From assembly GCA_976551045.1 (NCBI GenBank), contig CDPCPM010000012.1, positions 2,542,001 to 2,606,000 of the forward strand: 64,000 bases of DNA, read 5' to 3'. Shown here in pieces: positions 1-13,460 of the stretch; position 1 is the stretch's first letter, and every line of letters begins with the position of its first letter. Position numbers and translations under genes: made by a program. This DNA comes from Glaucostegus cemiculus. Taxonomy: Eukaryota. The notes beneath the pieces are model-generated. The model worked only from the letters and a program-made list of their open reading frames with translations, was not told the DNA's origin and searched no databases.

Positions 1-149
1 TTACATCCTTCCTCTAGAGTGGTGCCCAGAATTTGGATGCATTTTGTAGTTACAGAGCTCTCTAATACTGACTGCTTGGACTCAAGACACTTGGACGTAG
101 TTGAAGCTTGTCGAATTTACCAAGAAAGGAATCAATACTGAGAAGCACA

Positions 150-771
150 GTGTGGCAGATTTTTAAAGATACACAGGATCATTGGTTTTATAAGTTGAGG
201 TGTAAAGCACAAGTCAGTTGTGTTAAATCTTTATAAATTTCTGGACAGTTGTGTTCACATCTGAGCACCACTTTTTGGAAAGGATAAAAACAACCTGAAG
301 GGGGTGCAGAAGTGATTCACCAGAATGGTACCATAAATCACAGATTTTAGTTAGGTGGACACTATGAAAAATCTGGTTTTGCTTTTCTTACAGCAAGAAT
401 AACAGGGATAGATTTGACAGTGTTCAAAATTATGAGAGGTTTTGATGGACAGGGAGAATCGATTTCCTCCGGAAAAGTAGTAAACATCTGAAATAGGTTT
501 AAGATACCTGACAAAAAAAGGCAGAAGAGTTGAGGAACATTTTTATTTACTCAGCAAGTTTCTAGGATCTAGAATACACTGTCCCAAAAGAATGACAGAA
601 GCAAATTCAACATACCTTTCAAAAGAGAAAAGTCAACTAATTCTTAAAAAAGGAGAGGAAAAGGGATCACAGGAAAGGAGCAAGGAATTAAACTAAATGG
701 CTGTTCTTTCCCGAAATAGAGAAGGTACGATGATCTCAATGGTTCTTCCTGTGCTTGAAAATTCCATGATT
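150..771 (+). mobile_element. Old CR1 LINE 3' fragment
   Basis: Decayed CR1 ORF2 C-terminal motifs (gtgcagaagtgattcaccagaatg, approximately VQRRFTRM; actcagcaagtt, approximately FTQRV) and a 3' tail remnant. Confidence 0.7.
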
Positions 772-984
772 ACATTAGTAATTTGTGTGTTAGTTAGTCT
801 GGGCTTCAATGTTCTTGTCTATTTACAGGAACAGAATGCAACCATGAGCTGGAGTCTAATTATTATCAAGTGCTCGTCACAATACTGAAACAAACCCATG
901 ACTTGGATCCCTGAATGGGTTATATCCCGAGTATTTGCCTTCTATTTTCTTAGAAAGTGTGCTGATACTGAACCAACTGCAGCA

Positions 985-3070
985 GCATTAGAATGGATAA
1001 CAAAAAGCTTGGCTGAATAGATGGTTTTAAGGATCAAATTAAAAGGAGAGAGAAGGGTAAAGGTGGAAAGTTTTAGGGAGTGAATTCCAGAGTATGAGAA
1101 TGAGTAGAAGACATGACTAGCAATGGTGGTGCAGGGAAGGTTGGGGTAGGATAGGGTGTGGGGTTTGATGATAACCCAGAAATGGAGAAATATGAAGATT
1201 TCAGTGGGATGCATTTCAGGAGGCTGATGGAGATCACTGATATGGGGCGGGTGGTGTTGGTGGGGGGGGGGGGGGGGGGGGGAACGGCGGGGAAGATCCT
1301 GGTGAGATTTGAACAGAAAGAGGATCTTAAAATGGAGTCCTTTGTAAGATAAGAGAAATCATAAATCACCGAAGGAAGAGGTGATAAATAAATGGGATTA
1401 TGAATTAGGATCCAGATAATCAAGCTTTGGATAAATTTGAATTAATGAATATTGAAATTAAAAGGCTCACCAAGAGAACATTGGAATTAAGTCGAGATGG
1501 AACATAAGCATGGATCATTTTCAGCAGCTAATGAGCTGGGAAGACAGCGTAAATAAAAATCTACCCAAAGTTTTGGCCTGGTTAACAGAACAATATCGAC
1601 TTAGAAGCTCACCTCACGGTCAATTACAATGCAAAGGTCGAGATTAGTTTGGTTCAACCCAAGTCAGTGGCTGAAAAAAGGTAATGGAATTTGTAGTTAG
1701 AGGTGAAGATAATGCTTTGGGTCTTTCCCCCATGTTCCCATTGGACTCAAAGCTGTTGGGCAACAAAGGCAGAGGAGAGGTCAGGACAGTTGTGGGGAGG
1801 TAGAGCCAACCGCTCTCAGAACGTGCAGGTTTACTCTGTGGCTTTGGATGATGGTGTAAAGGGGTAACGTGCAGTTGGAACCAGAGACAGCAGTGAGGGT
1901 TGGGAAGTGAAGCCATTGCAGGATCTGTCCATGATTGAATATGTAAGAATGGAACAAGGCAAGGCAATCAATTCAAATGGACAAAAGAGATGTTTGAGGA
2001 GCATGGTGTGGCCAACTATGGCAAAGGGTGCAAGTAGGTCAAGCAGGAAATGGATGGCACCACAGTCACAGTGAATTAATGTCATATGCAACTTTGAGTA
2101 GGTTTGTTCCAATGCTGTGTTAGTGTGGAATCCTGGGAGTCAATCATGGAATTATGGGAAAAATAGGCACGGCTTTGCTGGGGTTGAAAAAGCAGGAGTA
2201 GCAACTGAAGAACTGGGTGATACAGATTTGTAAGAGAAGCTGCCACTTTCATGGATTTTACAGCATCAGCGTGTGGAAGTGAACCCAGGTGGTAGTTTAG
2301 GTGAAATAGGGCCAAGAGAGCAGATATGGCATGGAAAAAATTGAGCTCGAAGCACAAGAGGGATGAAAGGGAATAAGGTTAAGAAAGTTATCTGGTCAGC
2401 TAGCAAGAGGGATAGCATAGTGACCAATCTTAGAAATGAGGAGATACACAAACTCCCTGCAGGGTTTCAGAAGATGTAGAAATACATTCAAAAGTCACCC
2501 CTGCATTTCAAGTTAATCCAGGAATAGTGAATTGTTTGTGCAGAAGAGAACAAAACCCCAATATCATTTGATGTATGCAAGCTCATTTCACAAGGAGTGG
2601 CTAAACATGTGTTCGAGATGGCACCCTCGGATTTAAGGGACTGAAATCGGGGCTTGCACCGAGGTGAATAAGGTACCTAAGAGAGTTCAAGTTTTTTTTT
2701 ACCTGGACAACGTCATTCGTGACATGATGGCTTGACAGAGCTGACTGGAAGCTGTAGAAGTATTGTAGTAATGCAGGCTCAAAGGCTCAACAATTAGACA
2801 TTTTGAAAAGTTGTTTTAATGATTTTGGTGAGAGCTTTTCAGGAGCAAACAGAACCAGGAAGTGGGGTTAGGAAAGGGAAGTGAGTGAGGTGGAATGGAA
2901 AGTGGTAAAGTTGTGAATGAAATGACAGGAAAAGGGGGGGGCAGAAAATATCAAAAGAATGGTTATGAATATGGGAAGTTTACATGGAGGGAAAGGTCAA
3001 GGGTTGTGGGATGGTTGAGGGAAGGGAAAAGGCTGAGGGAAGTGGGATGGACAGTTCACTCAGAATGACA
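985..3070 (-). mobile_element. Old L2-type LINE fragment(s)
   Basis: Reverse complement shows an L2-like 3' end (ccttaaaaccatctattcagccaagcttt) and a decayed QLYL-like segment near 1800. Purine-rich plus strand. Confidence 0.65.
1262..1282. repeat. Poly-G run (21 nt)
   Basis: Read directly. Confidence 0.95.
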
Positions 3071-5758
3071 AGGATGAGGTTCCATCTACTGCGAAACAGC
3101 TTTTATTTTTGCGAAGAGGAGCTTTTGTGCAAGTCTTTAATACACCATTCTTTCAATTGAACGTCTATGCTGCTGACATGTGAATTATCCTAATCCTGCA
3201 GAGTCCACACATGTGCAGAATGGACTGGATTAGGTCTAAGAACCAAACTTAGTAAATTGAATTTTGAAGCTCTAATATATTTTGTTTTAGCTTGGTGAGA
3301 ACCAATGCAATTAGTCATCTTCAGATTCTTTATTGATGCATAATGCATTTGGAATTCTAATAGTGACCTTGGCTAAAACACTAGACTACTCATATGGAAT
3401 ACACATTGAAACTCTCTAGTCCGGCAGCCTTGGGACTCGATACTTGCTGGACCACAGCAAATCCAAACCACAGAAAGTGTCCCTCATCATCTTCCTCTGA
3501 GCAGGAGCACTGTTCTTTCTGAGTATAGGCACTCCCTGGGTCACCTAAGGGTTCTGGGAATTGTCAGTAACCCAAAGTTTCCCTAAGACAGAAACGCTGT
3601 CGGCTGAGATTGCCAAAGTTGCACTGGTACATTAATTAGCTACATGCGAGTACAGATCTTAGTTAATTTTAGACCTTAGTTAGATTTTACTCAGAATTAG
3701 TTAATTAGTACAGAGCTGTACTACAGATTCAAAGCATGCCAGACTACAGGAGTTGGCAGACCACAGAATGCTGGACCAGTGTTTCAACCTGTAATGGACA
3801 TGGACAAAAAGGGTAATCAAATTTACCAACATATTCTGTAAAAAGTTATAATGATGATCAGATTCTTTGACCATTCCCATATAGTATAATCTGGGATCAT
3901 AGCAAACAGCAAAGGCAAGTCCCAAAGACATCCACAAATTAGTACCAGAAAATACATTCCCAATCTGAAGGCTAGCATTAAAGTCAGTGGAATTATTAAG
4001 GTTAATTACCTAAATCCTTGTTGCAGTGTTTGGATCATCTCCCTGTATCTTGTGATACACTGATTTGAGATGGGAAGAGATACATCCAGAGGTTTTTTTA
4101 TTCCTCCCCTCTCAGTAGCAAACCCACTTCGGCCGACAGACCAGATACACTTTTGTAGGCATTCCCTAAAGCATTCCTTTAAAGCGACAGCTTGACACTA
4201 CTGATTTCAAACCAAACCTCAGGCCAGTTTGTGCCCCCTTCTGGCCACTAATTATATTTGAAATGATTTTATGTCCCAACATAATAACAACAGGGTTAAC
4301 CAAATGACCACTGGGTGCACTATTCCTCATTAACTGGATCTTAATAACTCACTTGCACTCCAAATGGTGCATACTTTTCCCTCATTCATTAAATGCTCAC
4401 AGTTGATGTGGTAACAGTTTTGCGATCCAGTCTCTTCCTTCTGTGTGTGCAGAATCCTGTCCCAATTTTCATGATGCTTGTCAATCATTCATTCTTACCA
4501 TCCCAGCTCCCAATGCATAAAATATTGTTGGTCACCCCTAACAGTAGGGAAAATACCTCTATTGTTATTAGGTTTAGCTAAACACTAATTGCATTAAAGA
4601 AGCAGCATAATATAAAAATCTCAAATTTGGTAGGATTAAGCACAAATTTGCCGTCAAAATGATTAGCATATAGAGCCTAGCTAAATAGTGTTGATGGTGT
4701 GTTGCAATAAATGACCATTAAGGTATTTAGCAACACAAGCTCAAATGCAGGATTAGGGCTTCAGGAACTTAAATCAGGTGAAATCCATCAGAAATCAATT
4801 AAGATATCAATTTTTAGACTAAAGGCTTGCAATTCAACATGTCAAGGCAAGAACAGTGCAACCACAAATTATATCTTTCTGCATTGTACTGTAACAAACT
4901 GAACTTCATATTTTGTGTAATAATGGCAAAAGTTGAGTTCTGCAAATCTTAAATCATTGGACAGGGCTATATAAAACAAATTACACAATGCATTAAATAT
5001 TTTTGGCAAGTTCCTTGCTGTTCTGTCCAAATTATGGGAATGAAAAGCATGATATACAAATGCGACACTTCATCACGATTTTAGAATTTTGTGAAACTTT
5101 CAATTTTGACAAGTGTATAATGAGCATTATCAGCTCAATTTCCTATCCATTGACTTCAAATGGAAGAGGCACGAAATCAGGCAAGGCACATAATAGCTGA
5201 TACATCGGCTATTGCCTGTTATACACCCCTGCCATTATTGAAAGTTCCAGTGATAATCTAAAACATAATCGAGTAGTGTGAATTATGGATGCGTTTTTAA
5301 GTTTTCATAAGGAAGCAAAATTTCAAATTTAAAAAGACATTTTCAATGTTATGTCCCTTTTTCCTTCATTGTTTTATTTCAGAAATTTGCATTTTAAAAT
5401 AAAATCTCTGGGACAAATGTTTCTCTTTCAATAAAAAATAAACAGCATTAGTTTAAGCTCGTGAAACCAATGACTTTGATGGATAAGGTGGACATATCCA
5501 TTTCTAATGGAATGTTGCATCTCAGCAAGTAAACAACTACAACGACTATGAAAACTTCAGGGTGATCCCTGTCAAAGAGCTTATGCCCCACAAATGTAGG
5601 CAAATGAGTTCTGCCAGCATGATCAGTTTGAAACCTGCACTGATGAACGCAAGCATACTCATGGATATATGGTTGAATGGACATAAATGGAACATAGTAT
5701 GAGCCTTTATAAATAAGGCAGCAAGATGGAAGCAGCAAATATTGATTTATCTACCAAC

Positions 5759-5847
5759 CGTATTTTGATTAGGGCCCATTAAGTAGAAGCAAGACTCCCC
5801 GTGCTTGTCGCTTCTCATGCATGAGGAGAGATTAGGAGGTATCATCG
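5759..5847 (-). CDS. MAGI1: MAGI1 89-nt cassette exon, MAGI-1B type (AMIPPNLSSCMRSDKHGESCFYLMGPNQNT)
   Basis: Acceptor ccctcag|CG, donor ACG|gttggt; resembles the recalled mammalian B tail AMIPPNLAACMRNEKLGEACFYLMGHNQTT. Confidence 0.9.
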
Positions 5848-6995
5848 CTGAGGGCAGAACGAAGAGCCCAGCACCCATGAAAGACGAGAAAGAAAAAGAG
5901 CAGAAGATAGATTTAGATTCCCTATTAGTAAGCAGCAACAGGATTGATCACTCTGTTGATCATGGAAAGATGTTTATTATTGTTCCAGTCAGATTGTCCA
6001 GGCAAAAAAACAATTAGACTGCAAAGACAGCAGTGGCAGGACCAAAAGATACAGCAAAATGAGCACCAGAAAGCACTAATGGGAAATTCACTCCATTTTT
6101 ATCACAATACAATAAGTCAAAATAGTATGTAAACAATGATTCATTGAAATATTTACAAACTCTACATTTAAATCCATGGAAGTTATGAATTGTATTAAAA
6201 GTAATTACAGAACTTGTTACAAAAATATATACCCTTACAGAGAGATCATTTCAATGGAGATTTTAAAAAAAAATCATAAGTTCAGGAAGTTCAGAATTCT
6301 ATTTTTGGTAATTATGTATTATTTTAAAATAATATATAATCCCCTTCATTTGGTCTCTAGAGGGATATTAGTAGATGCAGCGGTTCTCATGTTTTTCTGT
6401 AAAACTTCACATACCTTTCAGGGAATTAGCAGATCATTATACAAATCATTAAAGGGGCTTGAAGTTATTTATTTTAGATAAATCGTCTTGTTAAAGAGAT
6501 ACCTTCTCATAGAAAAGGCCTGGAGTATGAGTACTGCTGATGTGTACTTTTGCAAATTTTCCACAAGTAACTGGGATTGCTCTGTGCTGTCAGTTAATAG
6601 CTAAATGTTCACAACTAGAAGGATATAAAATACGGTGTTTTAAAATGCTTTAAATAAACATGATAATTTAAATTAATAAATATTAGAACACCTCTATTCA
6701 AGATTTGGCCACAGGGTGTAAACTTAAATGGCAGTTTCATTCCTGTTTAACTATGATAAGAAGCTTTATAATTGTATGCTCAGTAGGCATTTGAACTGCA
6801 GAGAATTTAATACAGTTAAATACTATTGCAAAATATGCTGTTCTGACTAATTGCTTGTATACTCCAGCCCATTCCAAATCAAAACGGTGAATATGCAAAA
6901 TTAGTACCAACTGTTTATAACCAAAATCTGTACATTTTTGAAAGAAGAAAAAAATTCCTAGATATTAACTGAAAAGAGAGAAGGAAAAAAAACAC

Positions 6996-7175
<180 letters not shown>

Positions 7176-7504
7176 CTAGAAGTGAGAAAATCATAAATAT
7201 AAATAAGATTTTAGAAAAGCAGGACAATAATCAGGTCAGATTGAGCATGCTGGTCAAAGACTTTTTGATTCAATTCTTTACCCCTTCCTTTTGAAGCTGC
7301 TGATTTGTATTGGATTATGATTTCTCAAGCATCAAATGCTCTGTGGATGCCTTCTTGCCTGGCAATTATTTTTTTTTTTTAACAGCTTCATGTTTCATCA
7401 GACTGAGGGTAAAGGGTAAAGATCAGGAGGTCTATCTATTCCTACTAAAGTCTAAGACATATGACACACATTTTCCATCAGGGACTTCTGAATCTTATTT
7501 GTGA

Positions 7505-7630
7505 AAAGAACCCTGGCTGATTTTCTTTCCCTTCCCTAGAGTTCAGCGGTACTGAGGTTAAACAGAGTTACCTCATTAATTGCTCAGAGCAGGAATTGAA
7601 CCAGGAGCTTCCTAGTCCTTATGACAAAGG
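7505..7630 (-). mobile_element. Ancient tRNA-SINE remnant
   Basis: Reverse B-box-like segment (ggaattgaaccagg) and accctggctgatttt; similar pieces near 33320 and 54300. Confidence 0.4.
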
Positions 7631-10250
7631 GTGCTTTAAATTATGTGAGATTTTTTAGACAAAAGAAAACACCAGCAAGTGCATAATAACATCAACAGAA
7701 GCAAAGATGTACATTAAGATTTGGAACGGATGTGCCATTGTGCTCTTAAGTATAGTTGAAAAATAACATGTGCTTTGCTGAAATGCAATAACATGGAAAG
7801 ATATTAAAATCTGCACGCAATTATTAAACCACATCACCAGCTGAAAAAGCGACAGGGGGATAATTGAAATAATCTGCATCTATCTGCCTGACTGTCACAT
7901 GAACCCCTAGAAAATACAATCACAACTTGATGAAGCTTGTAATTTTATTAGATGCCAAAAATTACATCCAGTGAAACACAGTTGATCATTTCAAGACACC
8001 ATGAGATTAAATAGTGCTAAATTGGATTAAGTCAGACTCTCGTATCTGAAGAGTCCGTTGCTGAGTTTCAGATTCAAATTTAGTCTCACCAAAAATAAGA
8101 CAGTGATGACTAAACATGTTGAGAACTGGTGAAATGTTTCTGCTTTGAAATTATGGGAGAGGAACATCAGGATAGTACATGGATCTGTGTCATTTTATAA
8201 ATGTGGCATTAGTGGAAATGAGAACAATTTTTCTAAGTGATTCTAAAACCAACATATATGTGAAACGAAAAAAAAACTGAACTTGGTTGTGATCCACTGC
8301 AATCAGACTGGGGCTGAGCTATGGTGCGAGAGGGAGGAGGGCATACTTTCCCCCCATGCTACGGGTGGCCAGCATTTTTAATATAATAAAACTTAGAGGG
8401 AATAGTGAGAGTGATTTATAAAACATACAATATCTGAGTAACGTATCTTTAATTGCTGGATTGACTACCTTCAGCATGATGTACACATTATTAAACTGTT
8501 AATAACAAAGGTTCTAACTTGCAGTTTTTTGATCCATTTTCTGTCAGCAGTTATTGAGTGCATGAACACAGGTAACATTTCCCTCTTCTTTTCCTTCTGA
8601 AGCTGCATATTTGTACTGGATTAAGATACCTCGGGCATCAAGTACTCGCTGGAAAACTTCTCAGCTGGTCATGTTTCCTTTTGCAGCAAGTGACATCATG
8701 ACGATGATGTCATCAAATGCCAAATACAATGGGCAAATGACATCAGCATTGCCCAGTCCAATTTCCCAATGAGCAAGAATTCAAAAGGAAATGGGTGAAA
8801 ACTCTTCAAAATATGGTCAGAGTCACTTGATATGTGCTGTTTATGAATGTTAACAAGAAAAAAGTGAATTTTGTCTCATTCACTAGCAGGCAATCAAGTG
8901 GAGAAGTCTGGAACAGACCTAAAAAAATCTAATATTTTGGAGTGCACTGTTGAGATATTATTCAATTCTTGATGAGTGAAAGACAATATTTTCTCTACTA
9001 ATAAGTTTATAAAGCTATTATAAAAAGAGTGCAATACATGATAGTAGGGGCATGGGTAGCACTCTGTTAACTAAACTTCAATGGAATGTAAAATTGTATA
9101 GTGTGTAAAACAGGTGTCTTGATCCAAACATATCATATTCTCCACAAAAAAATACCCCATGAAGATGTCTGAAAGGACCAACTGAACCTATTCTTTTAAA
9201 GTTTTCTGAAGCAGAAGTAAACACTGGCAACGTAAACTGAAATAGTACTGCCTCAAAATAATCTCTGTGTGCTTTGTGTATTTGTTAAATTGTGGAAATC
9301 TTAAAAGAACCAAAACACATTTGAAAATTACTGCTAAATAGGACAGAGGTTACAAGAGGAACATCAATCTCAACATTATTTAACTGAAACAGTTGCTAAT
9401 CTACATGCAATCATTTCAGGAGATTAATGGAACCACGCACTGCTCTTCTGCACTGATGTCATTTATTGCTCAAGTTTAAACAATTAACGTTTTCTGTATT
9501 AATATTTATGAATGGCCTTTTCAATTGAGGCAAATTAAAAAGTGAGGAACCATCTTATTATACGTTACCTTTTAGGAATCTAATTGCCATGAACAGGATT
9601 TAAGGTGTATTTGATGTTCAAACCACTATTACTGTTAATAGATATCAACATCATGCAAGGGAAAGATTCAAAAATAACTCAATGTCTTTCTATTCACTGT
9701 TAGAATATTATGCATGCACTAATAATCTTTATAAAATGCAAATTATAGTGAGAGACTATTTCTAGTAGAGTAGAAAAGGTCAGCTGTAGTATCAATGTGA
9801 GGAAAGGCAGATGTTGTTACTTCAAAATATTTTCGCCTGAAAACTTGAGCATCATCATTTTAACCTGGCAGATAATTATACTGCCAACCAGGCTGCCCGA
9901 CTATACACTCACTAATAGTCACCAAAGATTATTCATCTTATGTGACTAATGCATTGATGCCTTCTCCTTGAAACAGAAATATCAGAATGCAATAAGCATC
10001 TCAGTTTTGTTTAAAATAATGCAGCACAATCATGGTTCCCAGTCTTCTTCAGTCTTTGAATTTCTCTAATATTTAAATTTGTAAACATATCTGCAAATTA
10101 TATCATCTTTCTACAACATTAGATGATGCTATTCCACAATTTTCAGTTTTAAGCTAAAATGTTCTTTGGTTTAGATAATAATCAACTGACACAATGTTTC
10201 ATTCCTCACTTGCATTTTTAGATTTTGTATTTGATGGATTGAACATTTCA

Positions 10251-10493
<243 letters not shown>

Positions 10494-11694
10494 TTAAAGA
10501 GAGATGTGCTTCTGAGTATTGAAATTATGAAAACTTGCACAATAGCAAAACAATTGAAGAAAATGAGCACCACAGGCACAAACCCAATTGGTGACATACC
10601 AATTGATTCAAAAATACGGCAGGCCTACCCAGGTTGAATTTCACAAATTGAGCTTTCAGAAATTCTCAGAGACAGAGAAGACAACATATCTCAGTCTCTT
10701 CAGTTTGCTTGGGTGCTTCCCTATTTCCTGCCTTTGCAGAATCTCCAAGGAATTTTATATCTAGTAATTAATTCAGCCCTTGCTCTCAGATCTCCATTGG
10801 CTTTTTAGACCAGCTATCTTCCTACTCCGAACATGAATCGAAACAAAGAGCAGATATCCTATTAGCATAGAACAAATTTTAAATACTATTTACATCGACA
10901 GACATTAACCTCATTGGCACCTTGAAAATCTGCCAAGAATTATTCACTCTTACAGAAACAGGTTTGTCTATTTAAATACCATACCAACACCCTTGCCTTT
11001 GCATAATATATGATGTATTAAAAATTTTATTCTCTGCAGTTTTTAAGTCAGATTTTTCCTTCATAAATTGCTATTCATATTTGCAATAAAGATGCCTTTA
11101 CAAACTTGCCACACTGGGCATTCACCTCCCAGCTGTACCTCAATTTTATAATTCCTGGCAATGTATCTGGCAAAAAGCTAGACTATCCAATCGACTCAAC
11201 TTTTCACATTTGTGTTATTAAAGATTTTTTTTACAAGGAGCAGAAAGTATGAATTTAAAATGGAAACTCACATACCTCAGTTCAATCTTTCACACCCTAA
11301 AGATTATAAATGCACCAGAACTGGCTGCCAGCAGCATGCCATCTCGCTCATTGCTGACCTACTTATTAGTATCTACTGAACATGCACAGATATGCTGGCA
11401 TTAATTTCCTTGGAAGTTTTGCCCTGATCTTCAATGGGGAAGGCAACCTTGTGCAACATAATGTTGTCAGGTGGGAAGGTCTGAGCAAAGCTGACCCACA
11501 GCCCAGCTGAAATAAACACTGGCAGACACTGGAACCACACCCCATCTTAGCTTTGAATGGCTGAGAACCAGAAACATTCAGAATCTATCAAAAAGTACCA
11601 AGGGTAAAAGCAAAAAATGATTAAAGCAATTTAAAATTGAAAGCTAAAATCACATCTACATATCTAAGTTTTTTAAAAAATATATTTTCCTCAC

Positions 11695-11927
11695 ATTCCA
11701 TCCACCCTCACCAGACTCTCCCACTCACCTACACACTGGGGACAATTTTCAATGGCCAATTAACATACCAACCCACAAGTCTTTGGGATGTGGGAAGAAA
11801 CCGGAATGCCCAGAGATAATAACAGGAAGAATGTGCAAACACCACATAGGATAGCACTAAGGTCAGGATTGAACCAGCTGTCTGGTGCTTTTAGGTAGCA
11901 GCTTTATTTGTTGTGACACTGTGCTGT
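11695..11927 (-). mobile_element. V-SINE (HE1-like)
   Basis: Reverse V-domain (tctttgggatgtgggaagaaaccgga) and tRNA-like head. Confidence 0.8.
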
Positions 11928-13179
11928 GTTAAGTCAGGACTGTTCCCCTCCATGGGTTGGATTCAATAGGCAGATTCCCAAGGGAAAGCATTGGGGCACT
12001 GCTGCCAGTTCACACTCACCACTATACTTTGACAGCAGGTGACAATATCCCAGCCAAAGGGCCAACAAGTTTAGGACTTCTGCATTCTTGCTGAAATCTC
12101 AAACCTGGTGACACTAAAAGAATGGTTGACAATTTGGCATTCCCTAGCAAATTCCCACCCTTACTCATGGCATACTATACTGCAATCAATTAAAACTAAT
12201 TAATTTAAAGATATTTATCTAGCGCAATGCAATTCTGATTTCTTGGCCTTTATCCAAACATTACCCAATTTGACTCAACTACCCTCTGTGTCTACAGATT
12301 AGTTAAGTGTGTGTTTTAGCTGCCACTAGAGTCCAATACTAAGCAAGTTTAATAAAGAAAAATATAATTTTTAGCTTAGCAACAAATCTAATTTATTGCC
12401 TTAAATTATCAGGTTCAACCCATGCAAAGTAGCAGCCAGCCATGAAAAAATGGGTTAGGTAAATACGAGTTTTTCTTTTTCCCCTTCTTAGATAGACTCA
12501 TTATTTTTATATTTTCACCACAATGATATTAGTCACTGGATCAAGGAGCTTCTACCTTTACAGAAACTTCCTATAAACCAACACTTTTATTTCTCTATTT
12601 TCCTTATCCATCTCTCTGGCTGTGGTCATCATTGGATATTCATCAATTGAGGGCAATCTTGAAGGCATAAAATTCAAATGAAATTTCCATTTTTAAATTA
12701 AAAGAGCCTTCCCCATTATAAATGATCCAACATATTTACATTCTTAGAAATGTATCAAAATGCTTTTCATTAGTGGGTTTTTTATCAATGAGATAAAAAG
12801 CATTTATTTTGTTTGAAATAAAAAATTGCTTTCTCCTACCATTCTGATTAAGCTATTTCATTGCAGTGGTTGCATTTTTGCATAATATCTGACTATTTTC
12901 AAGATACCCTATTTGTTAGTGTACGGCAGAATTTAACAATACTTTAGAAACATTGCCTCTCTTAAGGAACTATTAAATTGTTCATCCAGGCAATGAAGTA
13001 TAGTATATATTGTTAAATTTATTTTATTAGTAATGTCATCCATATTCAGCTTCCTATCTCAAGTTGGTGACTTTCTACAGGTGAAATCAAACTTCAAAGT
13101 GTGACTGAGGTGGCTTTGATTTGGAAAAGTTTAGCATCCATCTGTATTGTTAAATTAAAGCACCATTTCTGTTGTGTCA

Positions 13180-13460
13180 TCAGAATCAGAATTAGTATCA
13201 CTGACTTGCATCGTGAAATTTGTTGCTTAGTGGCAGCAGTGCAGTGCAAAGACTAAAAATTTACTTAAAGTTACAAAATAAACAATTAGTGTGGGGAAAA
13301 AAAGGAACAGCAAAGTAGTGTTCATGGACTGTTCAGAAATCTGATGGCGGAGGGGAAGAAGCTGTTCCTAAATCATTGAGTGTGGGTCTTCAGGCTTGTG
13401 TACCTCCTCCTCGATGGTAGTAATGAGAAGAGGGTATGTCCCAGATGGCAAGGGTCCTCT
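13180..13460 (-). mobile_element. Rex1/Babar-type LINE 3' fragment
   Basis: Reverse frame resembles LPSxRRYxSLKTHTQxFRNSFFPSAIRFLN; (TTCTGA)n tail. Confidence 0.75.

Noticed and set aside
1073-1423. Poly-Pro and poly-Gly ORFs
   Set aside because: Produced by the G21 run inside a decayed L2 element.
1-5700. MAGI-1C long terminal exon
   Set aside because: No long Arg-rich minus-strand ORF is present; presumed to lie left of the window.
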